Assembly (NCBI GenBank): GCA_964019335.1
Contig: OZ025683.1
Location: forward strand, 248,001-311,823
DNA length: 63,823 nt
Direction of reading: 5' to 3'
Source: Diplonema japonicum
Lineage: Eukaryota > Protista > Euglenozoa: Diplonemea
The position numbers and the translations under genes are program-made. How positions within the stretch are numbered: the stretch's first letter is position 1; each line of letters starts with the position of its first letter. A model generated the notes under the pieces. The model had not been told where the DNA came from. It saw only the letters and a program-made list of their open reading frames with translations, and made no database searches. Positions 54,001 to 63,823 of the stretch are shown here, one piece after another.

Positions 54001-56267
54001 AAAAAGGCGATTCTCTGCAATTCGATCCGTCTGTCTTTGAGGGAGGCCCACTTACCATCACAATGCATGCTCCGCATGAAGTGTTTTTTGAAGGTGTTTT
54101 TTTGGGAGATGTCGAGGTTTCTGTCATCGATGAGTCCGAATTTCGAAAGAAGAATAAGATGGTCGGGTTGGTGCAAAAAGCCACGCTTAGACAGCCCACA
54201 GCGATTCAAAGGCTGGCGTCGTCGTTGCTTTTAACACAAACAGATCGTTCCGAGCCAGGGTCGCGTTCTGGAAGTGTGGCGTCGAAGGACTTCGGCACGC
54301 TGACGGACGGAAGATCTTTCAAAGAGATCGTATTGCGTTTTACAAAAGGCGGCCAGGCTACAATAGAGGCAGTCTGTGCGTTTTTGCGGGTGTTGATGTT
54401 CTACAACCCGCTTCCGGCGGTCAGCACCGCGACAACAAGAACCATTGATCTGTCGCTCCGAATAGGCCCCACGGTGTACACACACGAAGGAGCTGACAAC
54501 ATTGACACCCTCGCAGGTGCCCCTGATGCTGCGATGCCCGAGATCAAAGAGTCCCTCACCCTCAAGGTCACACCAAGCCTTATTTCGGTAAACGCGAAAT
54601 TCTCGGTTCTAACCTACACGCAAAGCAGCGGACCTCACAGGCTCACCTCCTTCGAGCTCCTTCATGATCAGTACATCGACAGCTACGATGGTGGTTTCAT
54701 CAAAGCAGAGTTCGCTGACGGATATTATAAACACGAGGACATTCTTAACATCCGGGAAGCCGATAGTATTGGGATCACTCTCAAGGATTGGGTCTTTTCC
54801 GAGAAGGATTCATTGAAGGAAGTCATGACCGCCACCCAATCATCGGCGAGAGAACGAGGTCTTACACACTTGGTGAGCCAGGTCAAGCAAACCAATAAAG
54901 ACCCTCAAAAAAACATGTTGGATGTGTTGAGAAAAGGAGCGAAGGAGATGAAGGGTGGAACTGGAAAGAAAAAGACCAACCTGGGAAAATATCCATCTGC
55001 AAGAACAGCTGAGGTGGATGACATGCTGAGCATGTCAGAGCTGTCGATTGAAGGAAAGTTCATTGGGTACTTATACATAGGAAGCGGGAGGCTTGCATTA
55101 CACTTCGGAAGAAACGTCGCGGTGAAGAAAAAGGAGATAACAACCCTTCTACGAAACATCACGTACATGAACAGTAAGGCTGATCCCTCAAGCGGGGAAA
55201 AGGTCGCAAGAGTGAAATTGAACGACGGTTCCTGGAGTGTCTCGCAAGCCCTCATTGACATCACAATACAGCGAAAGGACGAGGTTGCGGTTATCACTTT
55301 CAAAGACAGGCTTCGGTACAGATTCTGCGTTGATGACTTTATCCTTCCGTTCTGTATTGCACCACTTCACACAAGTTCCTTGCGCGACGAAGACACATCC
55401 CTTTTCACCGATGGTGGCTGTCTTTCCATCGAACTTCAAGCAGGCGGCGGAAAAGGAGACACCTTGTCCCTTTTAACAAGGGAACAACAGCTCATTCAAA
55501 TCGACCGACAGGAACAAGTCGATGTTGAAGATCTTCCTTACTACCAGGAGAACGTCACCGATCACGTATTCACGTTGCAAGAGAAAAGCATAATATTGGA
55601 TTCAGGTGTGGTGTGCACCTATGTTCTTCCCAAATCGTCGCAAGGCACAAATGACCTCAAGATCTATTTCAGCAAGGATCCACCTTTTCTTCCGATAGAT
55701 GCATTGAACTACCTGTTGTCTTGTGTGACGTTTACAAACCAAACAGAGAAGTATAAAGAAGGCGTGCGAACCTTTTTGGTAAGGGTGACAGATGCACACA
55801 ACACGCAAGACGCAAAGGAGAGGTTGAACCTAGACGTGCGTTCGCCTCTACTTTCTCTCCCTGGCAACCATGCATCTCTTCTCGAGAAGGGTAACACCTT
55901 CCCGCTCTCTAAAATAATCGTAAACACCGGCGAGGCGACGTTCATGCAAGGATATCTTTCCGTGACTTTGATCTCTCCCACCCAAGCTGACAAGGTCATC
56001 TTGCAACTAAAAGACTCTGGTTTTCGAACCGAGAACTCCGGGAGCAGCCTCCTTTGCGGTCCCACAATAATCGGCAACCTCACAGTGCAACCGCACTCCA
56101 TACGGGTTTCGTTCCACCAGACATCCAAAACGAAGCAAACCAACATCCAAGCACTGCTCAAGTGCGTTCAAGTACGATTGGCTTCACCAGATCTGCTCAA
56201 GTTGGAAGTTAGTCTCTCTGACGAAGACCTGTCTCCTCGTGTCTCAACAGTCACACTGACCACATGA
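51018..56267 (+). CDS. 1749-aa protein: RI-like LRR, long coiled coil and repeated beta-sandwich domains
   Basis: VHTLDLSRNNL...ITDVHLNST (LRR); E/R-rich helix; about 4 repeats of the type D.DT..F.GG.L.V...LLRNITY.N....P....R.V...L.DG. Confidence 0.8.
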   Translation: MNEDGSVGLPILTCTNQHEKACSKRYLNARRRYKNELGRVKDVVRKIREDKAEAHKEKLDRMEVNRVALKRLLNVKNKPRRKSYAGAASVIGTLSEYVETPQMFPSLESPMSGLKSLASSQIDFTERSLSCGDVFMLCETLKMHPEVHTLDLSRNNLASQHTCKFIIQLLEANPRITDVHLNSTSMPSYWQDLVQAQLSKNTSIQHQHQAELDRRNMHSLYNTWRDERLQDRIGLLSDERIERHKLYSDRDKVWKALKTAYRAETRKLVRHLRRMEIKKIREENINTLTKEELEARDCLYREWLCECLKLLYDVAVEWRWDVEQEYNAVRSQLRKLYLQNWRDAKSVETARISRETAEQTAVEQEALDSRANLAREKLIEEIEILTWYREKRAWIIARQEAMVDMLLQESTLREAMSYEARDEIKFLHDRRRNIEKQRDIALMQQRRQVCTEEESLRLRLEREQDQLCQILTEITLPFINYGWLKHEFYMLTSQRGKHLSSCPIVTFDLKQKVVSQYMSGQGGAWVSLASEAHLTVAMEEHWSQQYGEIQVACRAGLTKMTQHATQQRAVFEKHRSQLALYDEKEYLLNIMKTIETYMTPTDKNLPELISWLESDKAATKKIKLWGARVRFTLQYESGRSGSQLFLPGMEELGKETVDVVFNTNGTLETKEVVDKITALEYSNTEITNTPYRVGILVQVEVDMADTGFHIYTTDKFLQKNGTPAPDKLRTMVFDGVLDVVVVPPYIRLAPQRLKPWKEGNDKGLQLVEDANVNDPPIIARRSDKKVVVSDGTGLGITHFGKGRLVAEFTVGHTEYDHLYFRANSSRMPVLIYNEGTHSIMLGGTCVANIVSGYLLPKIVSGDGMKKSDGVVVIQFTDVAVSSDTVKRIVERLRFHNVTNDPNPGAREVRFTLEDGNGFSASIMTSFEVEALDDPAELTLKQKNLVFHAAHGYVPDDLKKYIEPMKLPLFKDASLEDPDTEFFVGGHLRVVLASYQKGDSLQFDPSVFEGGPLTITMHAPHEVFFEGVFLGDVEVSVIDESEFRKKNKMVGLVQKATLRQPTAIQRLASSLLLTQTDRSEPGSRSGSVASKDFGTLTDGRSFKEIVLRFTKGGQATIEAVCAFLRVLMFYNPLPAVSTATTRTIDLSLRIGPTVYTHEGADNIDTLAGAPDAAMPEIKESLTLKVTPSLISVNAKFSVLTYTQSSGPHRLTSFELLHDQYIDSYDGGFIKAEFADGYYKHEDILNIREADSIGITLKDWVFSEKDSLKEVMTATQSSARERGLTHLVSQVKQTNKDPQKNMLDVLRKGAKEMKGGTGKKKTNLGKYPSARTAEVDDMLSMSELSIEGKFIGYLYIGSGRLALHFGRNVAVKKKEITTLLRNITYMNSKADPSSGEKVARVKLNDGSWSVSQALIDITIQRKDEVAVITFKDRLRYRFCVDDFILPFCIAPLHTSSLRDEDTSLFTDGGCLSIELQAGGGKGDTLSLLTREQQLIQIDRQEQVDVEDLPYYQENVTDHVFTLQEKSIILDSGVVCTYVLPKSSQGTNDLKIYFSKDPPFLPIDALNYLLSCVTFTNQTEKYKEGVRTFLVRVTDAHNTQDAKERLNLDVRSPLLSLPGNHASLLEKGNTFPLSKIIVNTGEATFMQGYLSVTLISPTQADKVILQLKDSGFRTENSGSSLLCGPTIIGNLTVQPHSIRVSFHQTSKTKQTNIQALLKCVQVRLASPDLLKLEVSLSDEDLSPRVSTVTLTT

Positions 56268-56362
56268 AAACACGTTTTCCAACAGTTTTATTGTTGTCAG
56301 ACGTTAGACGGGGTGGAGTATTTGTTGACTAATTAATTTTATTGACCTGCCAGAATTAAGGT

Positions 56363-56435
56363 GCCCGTGTAGCCCAATGGATAAGGCGTTTGCTTCCTAA
56401 GCAAAAGATTGTGGGTTCGATCCCCACCATGGGTG
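56363..56435 (+). tRNA. tRNA-Arg(CCT)
   Basis: Acceptor GCCCGTG/CATGGGT; anticodon arm TTTGC-TTCCTAA-GCAAA; GGTTCGATCCC T arm; T-run terminator. Confidence 0.97.
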
Positions 56436-56464
56436 TTTTTTCCTCATCGTGTTTGCGGGTTCCT

Positions 56465-56584
56465 CCTTTGTTTCCCTGTCTTGCCGTCCACCTTGACGGC
56501 TGCAACCCTTTGGTCCAGGAAGGCAGCGACCCAGTTCGTTATCCTCTGCGGGTACTTGCTGTATCTCAGCTTTGCGTTCAGGCC
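56465..56584 (-). pseudogene. Non-LTR retrotransposon reverse-transcriptase remnant
   Basis: Minus frame GLNAKLRYSKYPQRITNWVAAFLDQRVAAVKVDGKTGKQR matches the segment between AFD and GVPQG of LINE RTs; both flanking motifs are lost. Confidence 0.7.
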
Positions 56585-57104
56585 GACCGCGGGAAGTAGC
56601 CAAGTCGTACATACTTCTCTTGTGCAAAGTGCTTGTGTTGTTCTGCAGACCTGTTGTTGTTGTTGTTTTTGTTGCTGTTGTTGTCCTCCTTTTTTCTTTT
56701 GACAACTTTTTTTCTTTTGGTTTTTCTTTTTTCTTTTGATGTTGTTTTTTTTTTAGCTCGTTTATGTTCTTTATGTTTTTTTTTTATTTTTTGTTTTTTT
56801 TTTTCATTTTTTTTTTTTTATGTTGTTTTTTTATTTTTTTTTTTTGTTTTTTTTTTATGGGGCATGACGTAATGGGGGGGTGGGGCTTTGTGAATTTGTA
56901 AAGGGAAGGGAAAACACTTTCTTTTTTTTCTGCTTATTACTAACACCACTATTTTTTCACTTTTGGAACCTTTCCCGCCTTTTTTCCTCCCGTTTGTAGA
57001 CATGATAGTCTTTTCGGCGGATTTTCGGCTTTGCTCTCCTATTCCTGCTCTTACAACCCCATCGAAAAGATTCTCATTATTTATTATAGGAAAACACCTC
57101 TGAA

Positions 57105-57177
57105 GCGAGGTTGGCGCAGTCGGCAGCGCGTAGGTCTCATAATCCTAAGGTCGTCAGTTCGATCCTGGCACCTCGCA
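57105..57177 (+). tRNA. tRNA-Met(CAT), elongator type
   Basis: G1-C72 acceptor GCGAGGT/ACCTCGC; CTCATAA loop; TTCGATC T loop (not the initiator ATCG); T-run terminator. Confidence 0.96.
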
Positions 57178-57211
57178 TTTTTTTACACCCCGCAGTAAAA
57201 GGTTAATTAAA

Positions 57212-59084
57212 ATGCAGCGCAAAATGAACCCGGGTTTTCGTGGCAGCAACGGCGGCGTAATGGTCAAAGGAGGTGGTGTAATGCTAAAAGATGCAATGGT
57301 GAGATCGTTGCAGAATGGGAGTCTGGCATTGAGCGGAAGGGGGATGGAGGAGATTCCAGAAGGGTTCGAGGCGCTTGACCGTTTAGACTACGATAACAAA
57401 AACTGGTGGCATGAATGCGAGGTTGTGAAGCTAGATCTAAGTCATAATAAGCTTCGTGCTCTTCCCGAAGACATCAACGAGCTACCTTTACTTGGAGACC
57501 TGCAGGCTGTAAACATTATTGAAAACCGATTTGAGGAACTTCCTTCAGGGCTTTTCAAGCTCCCGTCTCTTGCGAAGCTTCTTGCGGGTTCGAATGACCT
57601 GCAACACCTGCCTGACTCGATCACAACTTGCCTCCAGTTGAAAGAGCTCGACCTCACGATGAACCCAAGGCTGTCAAAGCTTCCTTCTGCTTTTGGGAAT
57701 CTTCACGCTTTGACTTCGTTGCGGGTTAGTAAATGTGGCTTGGTTGAGCTCCCCACGTCTCTTGGCGGGTGCAGCGGTCTGCAGCATCTTGTCGTTTCCC
57801 ACAACAACCTCACGTCTCTGCCTGAGAGCATAGTGCTGCTGAGCGGTTTACAGACAGCTGATTTTTCTTGCAACAAAATAGGCACATTTCCAACATTCTC
57901 TGCCAGTTCTCCTCTTACTGTTCTTGACATGAAACAAAACAAGCTCACTGGTTCACCATTCATCTCCCTCCAGTCTCTGAAAGAACTCACACTGTCCTTC
58001 AACGGGTTGTCTTCTGTAGAGTTGACGACGCCCTCTTTGGTTACTCTTGACATCCGGGATAACAGGGTTAAAACGATCGGTTTTGTGCTTGCTTTGAACT
58101 CTTTAGTCCACCTTAACATATCGAATAATGATATTTCAGTGCTCCCCCCGGAGCTGGGAAGCACAAACTTGTCGACAATCAATCTGGAAGGAAATCCTTT
58201 GAAGTCCATCCGGAGAGATATTTTGAACAAAGGAACTGCAGAGCTGCTGAAATATCTAAAGAGCCGTCAGGCGGAGATTCCCAGGGGGTCAAACGATGTC
58301 GCAAAAGAAACTGTGGCGAATATAGAAGCTTCAAAGGGGTGTGTTGATCTTTCTAAGAAAACACATGTCATGGGTGTCCTGACCTCGATCCCAGATGCTG
58401 TTTTCGAGGACGATTCTGTCACTGTTTTAAAGTGCAACAACCAGGGCTTAACCTCTGTCCCAAGGGAATTAGTGTATCTGCAGTCTCTGGCGGTTTTAGA
58501 GATATGCGGCAATAGAGTCTCAAGCCTCCCAGATGAACTATCTAGGATGAGGCTTTCTCAGGTCATCCTCAAGAAAAACGGTATGACAGTGTTCCCTCGC
58601 ATCTTGAGTTCGATTCCAACGCTCCGTCACATTGATCTCTCAATGAACCGCATTCAAGAGATTCCATCCCTTCTTCACACATCTTTGGACTCGTTGGTTC
58701 TCTCAGATAATTCGATCGTTGCTGTCCCTGCCGTCCCGCAGTGCCTCACTACGCTGCAGCTGTCTTCGAACAGGATCGCCACCCTTCCTGCAGGACTTCC
58801 TTCAGCCCTTCCGAAGATCAGCACCTTTGATCTTTCCAACAACGACCTCACAACCGTCCCTCCTGAATTGGGTACCATGACCACCCTCAGAAGCCTCAGC
58901 CTTACCGGGAATCCCTTGAAAACCATTAGGAGGTATGTTTTTGCATCAAGTAGGGGAAATTCACAGGACCGTGCTTGAAAAAGGCACCGACGCCCTTCTT
59001 GCGTACCTTCGCGATAAAATGTCCGCTCCTGCCTCACAACCTGCAGCTGCTGCTCCTTCGGGGCGCAACATTGTTTTTTACTAA
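57212..59084 (+). CDS. Leucine-rich repeat protein, LRRC40-like; exons 57212-58932, 58967-59084
   Basis: Many LxxLxLxxN repeats; twice GNPLK(S/T)IRR...KGT..LL.YL; NWW motif; 34-nt GT-AG intron. Confidence 0.88.
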
Positions 59085-59241
59085 ACGTCGGTACAGGTGG
59101 GTATTTCCCAGGTGGGGATCTGTTTCTATTAGACTTTTGTTCCCCCCCTCCCCTTTATTTCCCCTGCATATGTTTGTTTACATTTTCTTATTTGCTCTTC
59201 TGCCTTTTAAACCCCTCCAGTTAACGAGAAAAGACAGAAAG

Positions 59242-62200
59242 ATGCCTGTGTGCGACATCGAAGATACGAACAAGAACAGGTTCCAGCGGATATCGAGACC
59301 CATCTCGGAGATTAAGGACCACTATGAGGTAGTGGTGATCGGGTCTGGGTACGGTGGTGGTATCTCCGCGTCGAGGCTTTCTAGGGGTGGGAAGAAGGTC
59401 TGCCTGTTGGAGAGGGGCAAGGAGATCCTCCCTGGCGACTACCCGTCGAAGCTCGTCGATGCAACTGAGCAGCTGCAATTCGACAGCAACAAGATGAAGT
59501 GGGGTAACAGGACTGGTCTGTACAATTTGCACATCGGTGAGGACCAAGCGGTCATGGTTGGGTGCGGTCTTGGTGGGACCTCCCTCATCAACGCAAACGT
59601 CGCCCTGGAAGCTACTCCCGACGTCTTCCAGAACGACAATTGGCCTGAGAAGTTCCGCAACGAGTCCAGCGAACGTCTCCAGAAGGGCTACGACAGGGCT
59701 CGTGAGATGCTCAAACCCAATGTGTACCCTGACAGCTACCCTCCTCTTGCCAAGTATGACGCGCACCAGAAGAGTGCCCGTTACATGCATCAGGAACACA
59801 ACTTCAAGAAGACCCCCATCAACGTGACCTTTAAGACCCCTGATTCGGGTGTGAACCACGTCGGTGTCCCGCAGGTTGCGTGCAACAACTGCGGTGACTG
59901 CTGCTCTGGCTGCAACGTGGGTGCCAAGAACACTACGCTGATGAACTACTTGCCCGATGCTTTCAACCACGGTGCGGACATTTTCTGCGAAGTGCACGTT
60001 GAGTACATCGAGAAGACCCCAGAAGGGAAGTGGCTCGTGCACTACACACTGGCCCACACGGGGAGCGAGAAGTTCGACGCCCCCACTATCACTGTCTCTG
60101 CCGACATCGTCGTCGTGTCTGCAGGCACCATGGGAAGCAACGAGATCATGCTCCGCTCGAGGGAGAAGGGTCTCTCCATGAGCAGCATGCTTGGCAGGCA
60201 TTTCAGCGGGAACGGCGACATCCTCGGGTTCGGGTACAACTGCGAAGACAAGATCAACGGAATCGGTTACGGCGACCACGACCCCAAGGGACTGGAGCCT
60301 TGCGGACCGTGCATCACTAGCGTTATCGACATGCGTGTGCCGGGGGGTGACAACATGGTGCTTGAAGAGGGCAACATGCCAGGCCCCATCGGGAAGATCA
60401 TGGCCCCAACGATGGCTCTCGCCAACAAGGTCTGGGGAAAGAACACTGTCGGCGGCCTGAATGACATCACCCAGAAGTGGATCAGGCAAAACTTGTCGAA
60501 GCCTCCCTTCCAGGGTGCCATGAACCACACGCAGACCTACCTCGTGATGAGCCACGACGATGCAAGGGGTGTGTTGAGCATGCATAACAACCGCATGCAG
60601 ATCAACTACCCCGATGTGGGGAAACAAGCCAACTTCCAAACGGGTAACGACAACATGCAGAAAGCCACGGAGGCCTTGAAGGGGAACTACGTGAAGAACC
60701 CTATGTGGTCTAAGATGTTCGGGAAGGATGTGATCTCGGTTCACCCATTGGGCGGCTGTTGCATGGCCTCCAACGCCACGAACGGTGTTGTTGACCACAA
60801 GGGGAGGGTATACTCGGAAACGAGCGGCGAGAGTGTGCACGACGGGCTGTACATATCTGATGGGTCTATTATCCCAACCTCGCTGGCCGTGAACCCGCTA
60901 CTCACAATCTCTGCTGTGACAGAGCGCAACATGGAGCTGCTTGCTGAGGACTACGGTTTCACGATCGATTACACGCTGCCCTCTGCTGTGAGGCGTCCTC
61001 ACGACGTCCCGAAGCTGGGTGTTGAGTTCACCGAGACCATGAAGGGTAAGCTGGCAGTGCCCACCAGCAACAAGAACACGATCGAGGAGTTCGAGGAGGC
61101 TGAGAGGAGAGGCACAAACTCCATCCAGTTCACGCTCACCATCAGGGGCGAAGACCTCGACAGGATGCTGAACTCCCCGGCGCACCGTGCCTCCATGATC
61201 GGAACTGTGCAGTGCTCGGTCTTGGATCCAGCACCCCTCACCGTCGTGGGTGGTGATTTCCAGCTCTTCGTTGAAGTCCCGTCGCCCCCCAACACCAAGC
61301 ACATGGTCTACTCCATGACTATGTACAGCAAGTCCGGGAAGCCGTACTACTTCCACGGGTACAAGGTGGTGAAGGACATTCCCAACCCTCTGAGGATCTG
61401 GCACGACACGTCGACTCTCTACGTCAACATCTACGCAGGTACCACTGCCGACAGTGAGGTCATCTACAAGGGTGTCATGCACATCGAAATGTTCGATTTC
61501 ATGAAGCAGATGACCACCATGAAGGTCCTTAACGCCAAGAACAACGTGGAGCGCCTTAACGCCCTCGCCAGGTTCGGCGTGCACTTTGCAGGAGTTTTGT
61601 GGGAGAGCTACGGTGGTGTGTTGGTCAAGCCGCAGTTGTACGACCCCAACGCCCCTCCAAGGGTTAAGAGACCTCTTGCCGTGTGCAAACCGGAGTTCCA
61701 CTATTTCAGCACCGATGACCAGGTGACATTGCGTCTTACCCGTTACCAAGGCGGCACGAAGGGACCTGTCATGCTAGTGCATGGGCTGGGGGTGAGCTCG
61801 AAGATCTTCTCGACGGACCTGATTGACGTGAACATGCTGGAGTACCTTTACAAGAACGACTTCGATGTGTGGCTGTTGGACTTCAGAGTGAGCATTCTGC
61901 TTCCCGCATCGGACAAGCAGTCGAACGGCGACCAAGTTGCACAATACGACTACCCCGCTGCGGTTAAGAAGATCAAACACGTGACAGGTGCGGACTCGAT
62001 CCAGGCGGTTGTGCACTGCTGGGGGTCCACAACATTCTTCATGTCGATGCTGGCTGGTCTGCAGGGCATCAGGTCCATCGTGTGCTCGCAGATCTCGACA
62101 GAGGTCGTGACGACATACGTGACGCTGCTGAAGAGCATGTTAAGACTGCCGAAGCTCTTCGAGACTGTTGGGATCGATTCCATGACAACCTATGTCGACA

Positions 62201-62700
62201 CTACAGAGGGTATTGTGGGCCGTGTCATCGACAAGGGTCTGTCTGTGTACTCCCTGGTCGAGGCACAGGGGCAGTGCAACAGCAGTGTGTGCCACCGTGT
62301 GACATTTAACTACGCGTCGCTGTACAAACACGACCAGCTGAACCAGAGGCTGCACGAAAACCTGCATGAGCTCTTTGCCGAGGCGAACATCACTGCTTTC
62401 CAGCATCTTGCTATGGTAGTCCGCAAGGGCCACCTTGTCAACTGTGATGGTAAAGAGGTGTACATGCAGAACATGGCAAACCTTGATCTGCCCATCCTTT
62501 TCATCAGTGGTGCCGAAAACGAGTGTTTCTTGCCGGAGGCCACCAAGAGGACGTACGAGAACTTGTGCACTGCATATGGCCCCGACAACTATTCCCGCAA
62601 GGTCATTGAAGGCTACGGGCACATTGACTGCATTTTTGGGAGGAACGCCCATGTTGATGTGTTCCCGCACATCTTGGAGCACCTTAACAAGACTGCTTAG
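59242..62700 (+). CDS. GMC-family cholesterol-oxidase-like flavoprotein fused to a C-terminal alpha/beta-hydrolase domain
   Basis: VIGSGYGG, GLGGTSLINANV, CNNCGDCCSGC, HPLGGC, NPLLTISA; C-terminal LVHGLG, HCWGS, YGHID; intronless with C/G-ending codon bias. Confidence 0.92.
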   Translation: MPVCDIEDTNKNRFQRISRPISEIKDHYEVVVIGSGYGGGISASRLSRGGKKVCLLERGKEILPGDYPSKLVDATEQLQFDSNKMKWGNRTGLYNLHIGEDQAVMVGCGLGGTSLINANVALEATPDVFQNDNWPEKFRNESSERLQKGYDRAREMLKPNVYPDSYPPLAKYDAHQKSARYMHQEHNFKKTPINVTFKTPDSGVNHVGVPQVACNNCGDCCSGCNVGAKNTTLMNYLPDAFNHGADIFCEVHVEYIEKTPEGKWLVHYTLAHTGSEKFDAPTITVSADIVVVSAGTMGSNEIMLRSREKGLSMSSMLGRHFSGNGDILGFGYNCEDKINGIGYGDHDPKGLEPCGPCITSVIDMRVPGGDNMVLEEGNMPGPIGKIMAPTMALANKVWGKNTVGGLNDITQKWIRQNLSKPPFQGAMNHTQTYLVMSHDDARGVLSMHNNRMQINYPDVGKQANFQTGNDNMQKATEALKGNYVKNPMWSKMFGKDVISVHPLGGCCMASNATNGVVDHKGRVYSETSGESVHDGLYISDGSIIPTSLAVNPLLTISAVTERNMELLAEDYGFTIDYTLPSAVRRPHDVPKLGVEFTETMKGKLAVPTSNKNTIEEFEEAERRGTNSIQFTLTIRGEDLDRMLNSPAHRASMIGTVQCSVLDPAPLTVVGGDFQLFVEVPSPPNTKHMVYSMTMYSKSGKPYYFHGYKVVKDIPNPLRIWHDTSTLYVNIYAGTTADSEVIYKGVMHIEMFDFMKQMTTMKVLNAKNNVERLNALARFGVHFAGVLWESYGGVLVKPQLYDPNAPPRVKRPLAVCKPEFHYFSTDDQVTLRLTRYQGGTKGPVMLVHGLGVSSKIFSTDLIDVNMLEYLYKNDFDVWLLDFRVSILLPASDKQSNGDQVAQYDYPAAVKKIKHVTGADSIQAVVHCWGSTTFFMSMLAGLQGIRSIVCSQISTEVVTTYVTLLKSMLRLPKLFETVGIDSMTTYVDTTEGIVGRVIDKGLSVYSLVEAQGQCNSSVCHRVTFNYASLYKHDQLNQRLHENLHELFAEANITAFQHLAMVVRKGHLVNCDGKEVYMQNMANLDLPILFISGAENECFLPEATKRTYENLCTAYGPDNYSRKVIEGYGHIDCIFGRNAHVDVFPHILEHLNKTA

Positions 62701-63823
62701 GCATATATAAAAAAAAAAATTAAATTAAAAGTCCTCCTTTTTTTTTTTCTTCTCTTTTTTTTTCAGGCACTGCAAGCGCGCTTACCTTTTTATTATCTTC
62801 CCCCTATCCCTTCCCTTTTCTCCCCCTCCCTTTCTATTTCTTTTTTTTTTGTCCGCGAGCGAATTGTGTTTTATTTTTTTTTCTCCCCTCCCATTTTTTT
62901 TTTCCTTTTAAATTCGACTTCTCGAGGTTGGGGGGGGGTGATTCGTATAAAAAAAGAAGGGGGGTTGATAAGAATAAAATCTCATTTAATTGGGGAGAAC
63001 GGACTTGACACACGAAAAAAAAAGTACTGTAATTAATTTTTTTTTCCTACCTTCTCTCCCCCGTCCTGTTCTCCTTTTTGGGTTGCTCATTTCTTTTTTA
63101 AAGGTTTTTTTTTAAGGGCTTTATTTCTCTGTGCAGCTCTCTCTGAGCCAAAATGAAAATGTCCCTTGGCTGCATGCTAAGTTGCCCTTTTTTTTTTCTT
63201 CCTCTTCTTCTTGAATCTGCCCTTCCCCGAGACGTCACTTGCTCCTGTCCTTTTTTAAGGGAGAAGAAGAAAAACTGGAGACCTCCAGTTTTTTTTTTCT
63301 TTTCCCCCTTCTCTTTACTCTCTCTTTTTCTCCCGTTCGTCGTATTTCTGGTCCCTTTCTTTCACATTGCTTGCAATTTTGTGCTTTCTTCCAAAGATGC
63401 GCTAAGGCTTGCTGTGGCCAGTGCTCTTTTTTTTTTTTTTTTTTTTGCCAGAATACACCATAGAGTCGATCAACAACTTGCAGTTACAACAAAAAAAAAG
63501 AAAAAAAAAGGGGGTGAAAAAAGAAACTACTTCTATCGAGGTATCGTTCTTTGACTCCTTTTTTTTTCCCCTTTTTACACGGTCCTCTAAATGGTGTTAT
63601 CACACTTTAAAAAAAAATGAAACCAGCTATTTAATCCCCGGAGCCTCTTTTTTTCAAGTGCACCCTCTTTATTTTTTTTAAATTTTTTTTTGTAAAAGAA
63701 CCAATCTCTGCACTTGAAGCCGGCCCGGGGTTTACACACGGTTTGTTAACGTTACGCGTTCCCTCCCCCCTCCTTTTTTTTTTGTTCAGGGTGGTGTTAA
63801 CTTGACCCTCAAGTCTTCGGAAG

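Noticed and set aside
59221-62682. Long minus-strand ORFs opposite the GMC gene
   Set aside because: Shadow ORFs caused by strong codon bias on the + strand.

Overview
Eukaryotic nuclear DNA with extremely homopolymer-rich intergenic tracts and one 200-N gap (40437-40636). All ~30 credible protein genes and both tRNAs lie on the + strand. This directional gene cluster, with short MFR/MIH-type presequences and RBP16-like cold-shock proteins, suggests a euglenozoan, possibly a diplonemid (inference). Genes carry tiny GT-AG introns (33-75 nt), many filled with poly(A) instead of a polypyrimidine tract, which explains the poly-K/poly-F tails in the ORF track. Main non-coding signals: (1) 17 near-identical ~90-nt box C/D RNA units in two arrays, 9 in a 2.1-kb intron of an IQ/DD/EF-hand (EFCAB10-like) gene and 8 intergenic; (2) four non-autonomous elements sharing an end/internal-junction/end inverted-repeat architecture, two with frameshifted tyrosine-recombinase remnants (Crypton/DIRS-like); (3) two MITEs, short repeats inserted in A/T tracts, an RT remnant beside tRNA-Arg, and an unidentified multi-hairpin element. 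Several proteins are unusual fusions with degenerate catalytic motifs (WSC-WSC-GDT1, RAD23-CHAT-DD, SIP-GMF, pseudo-calpain). All family calls come from motif recognition by eye, not database searches.
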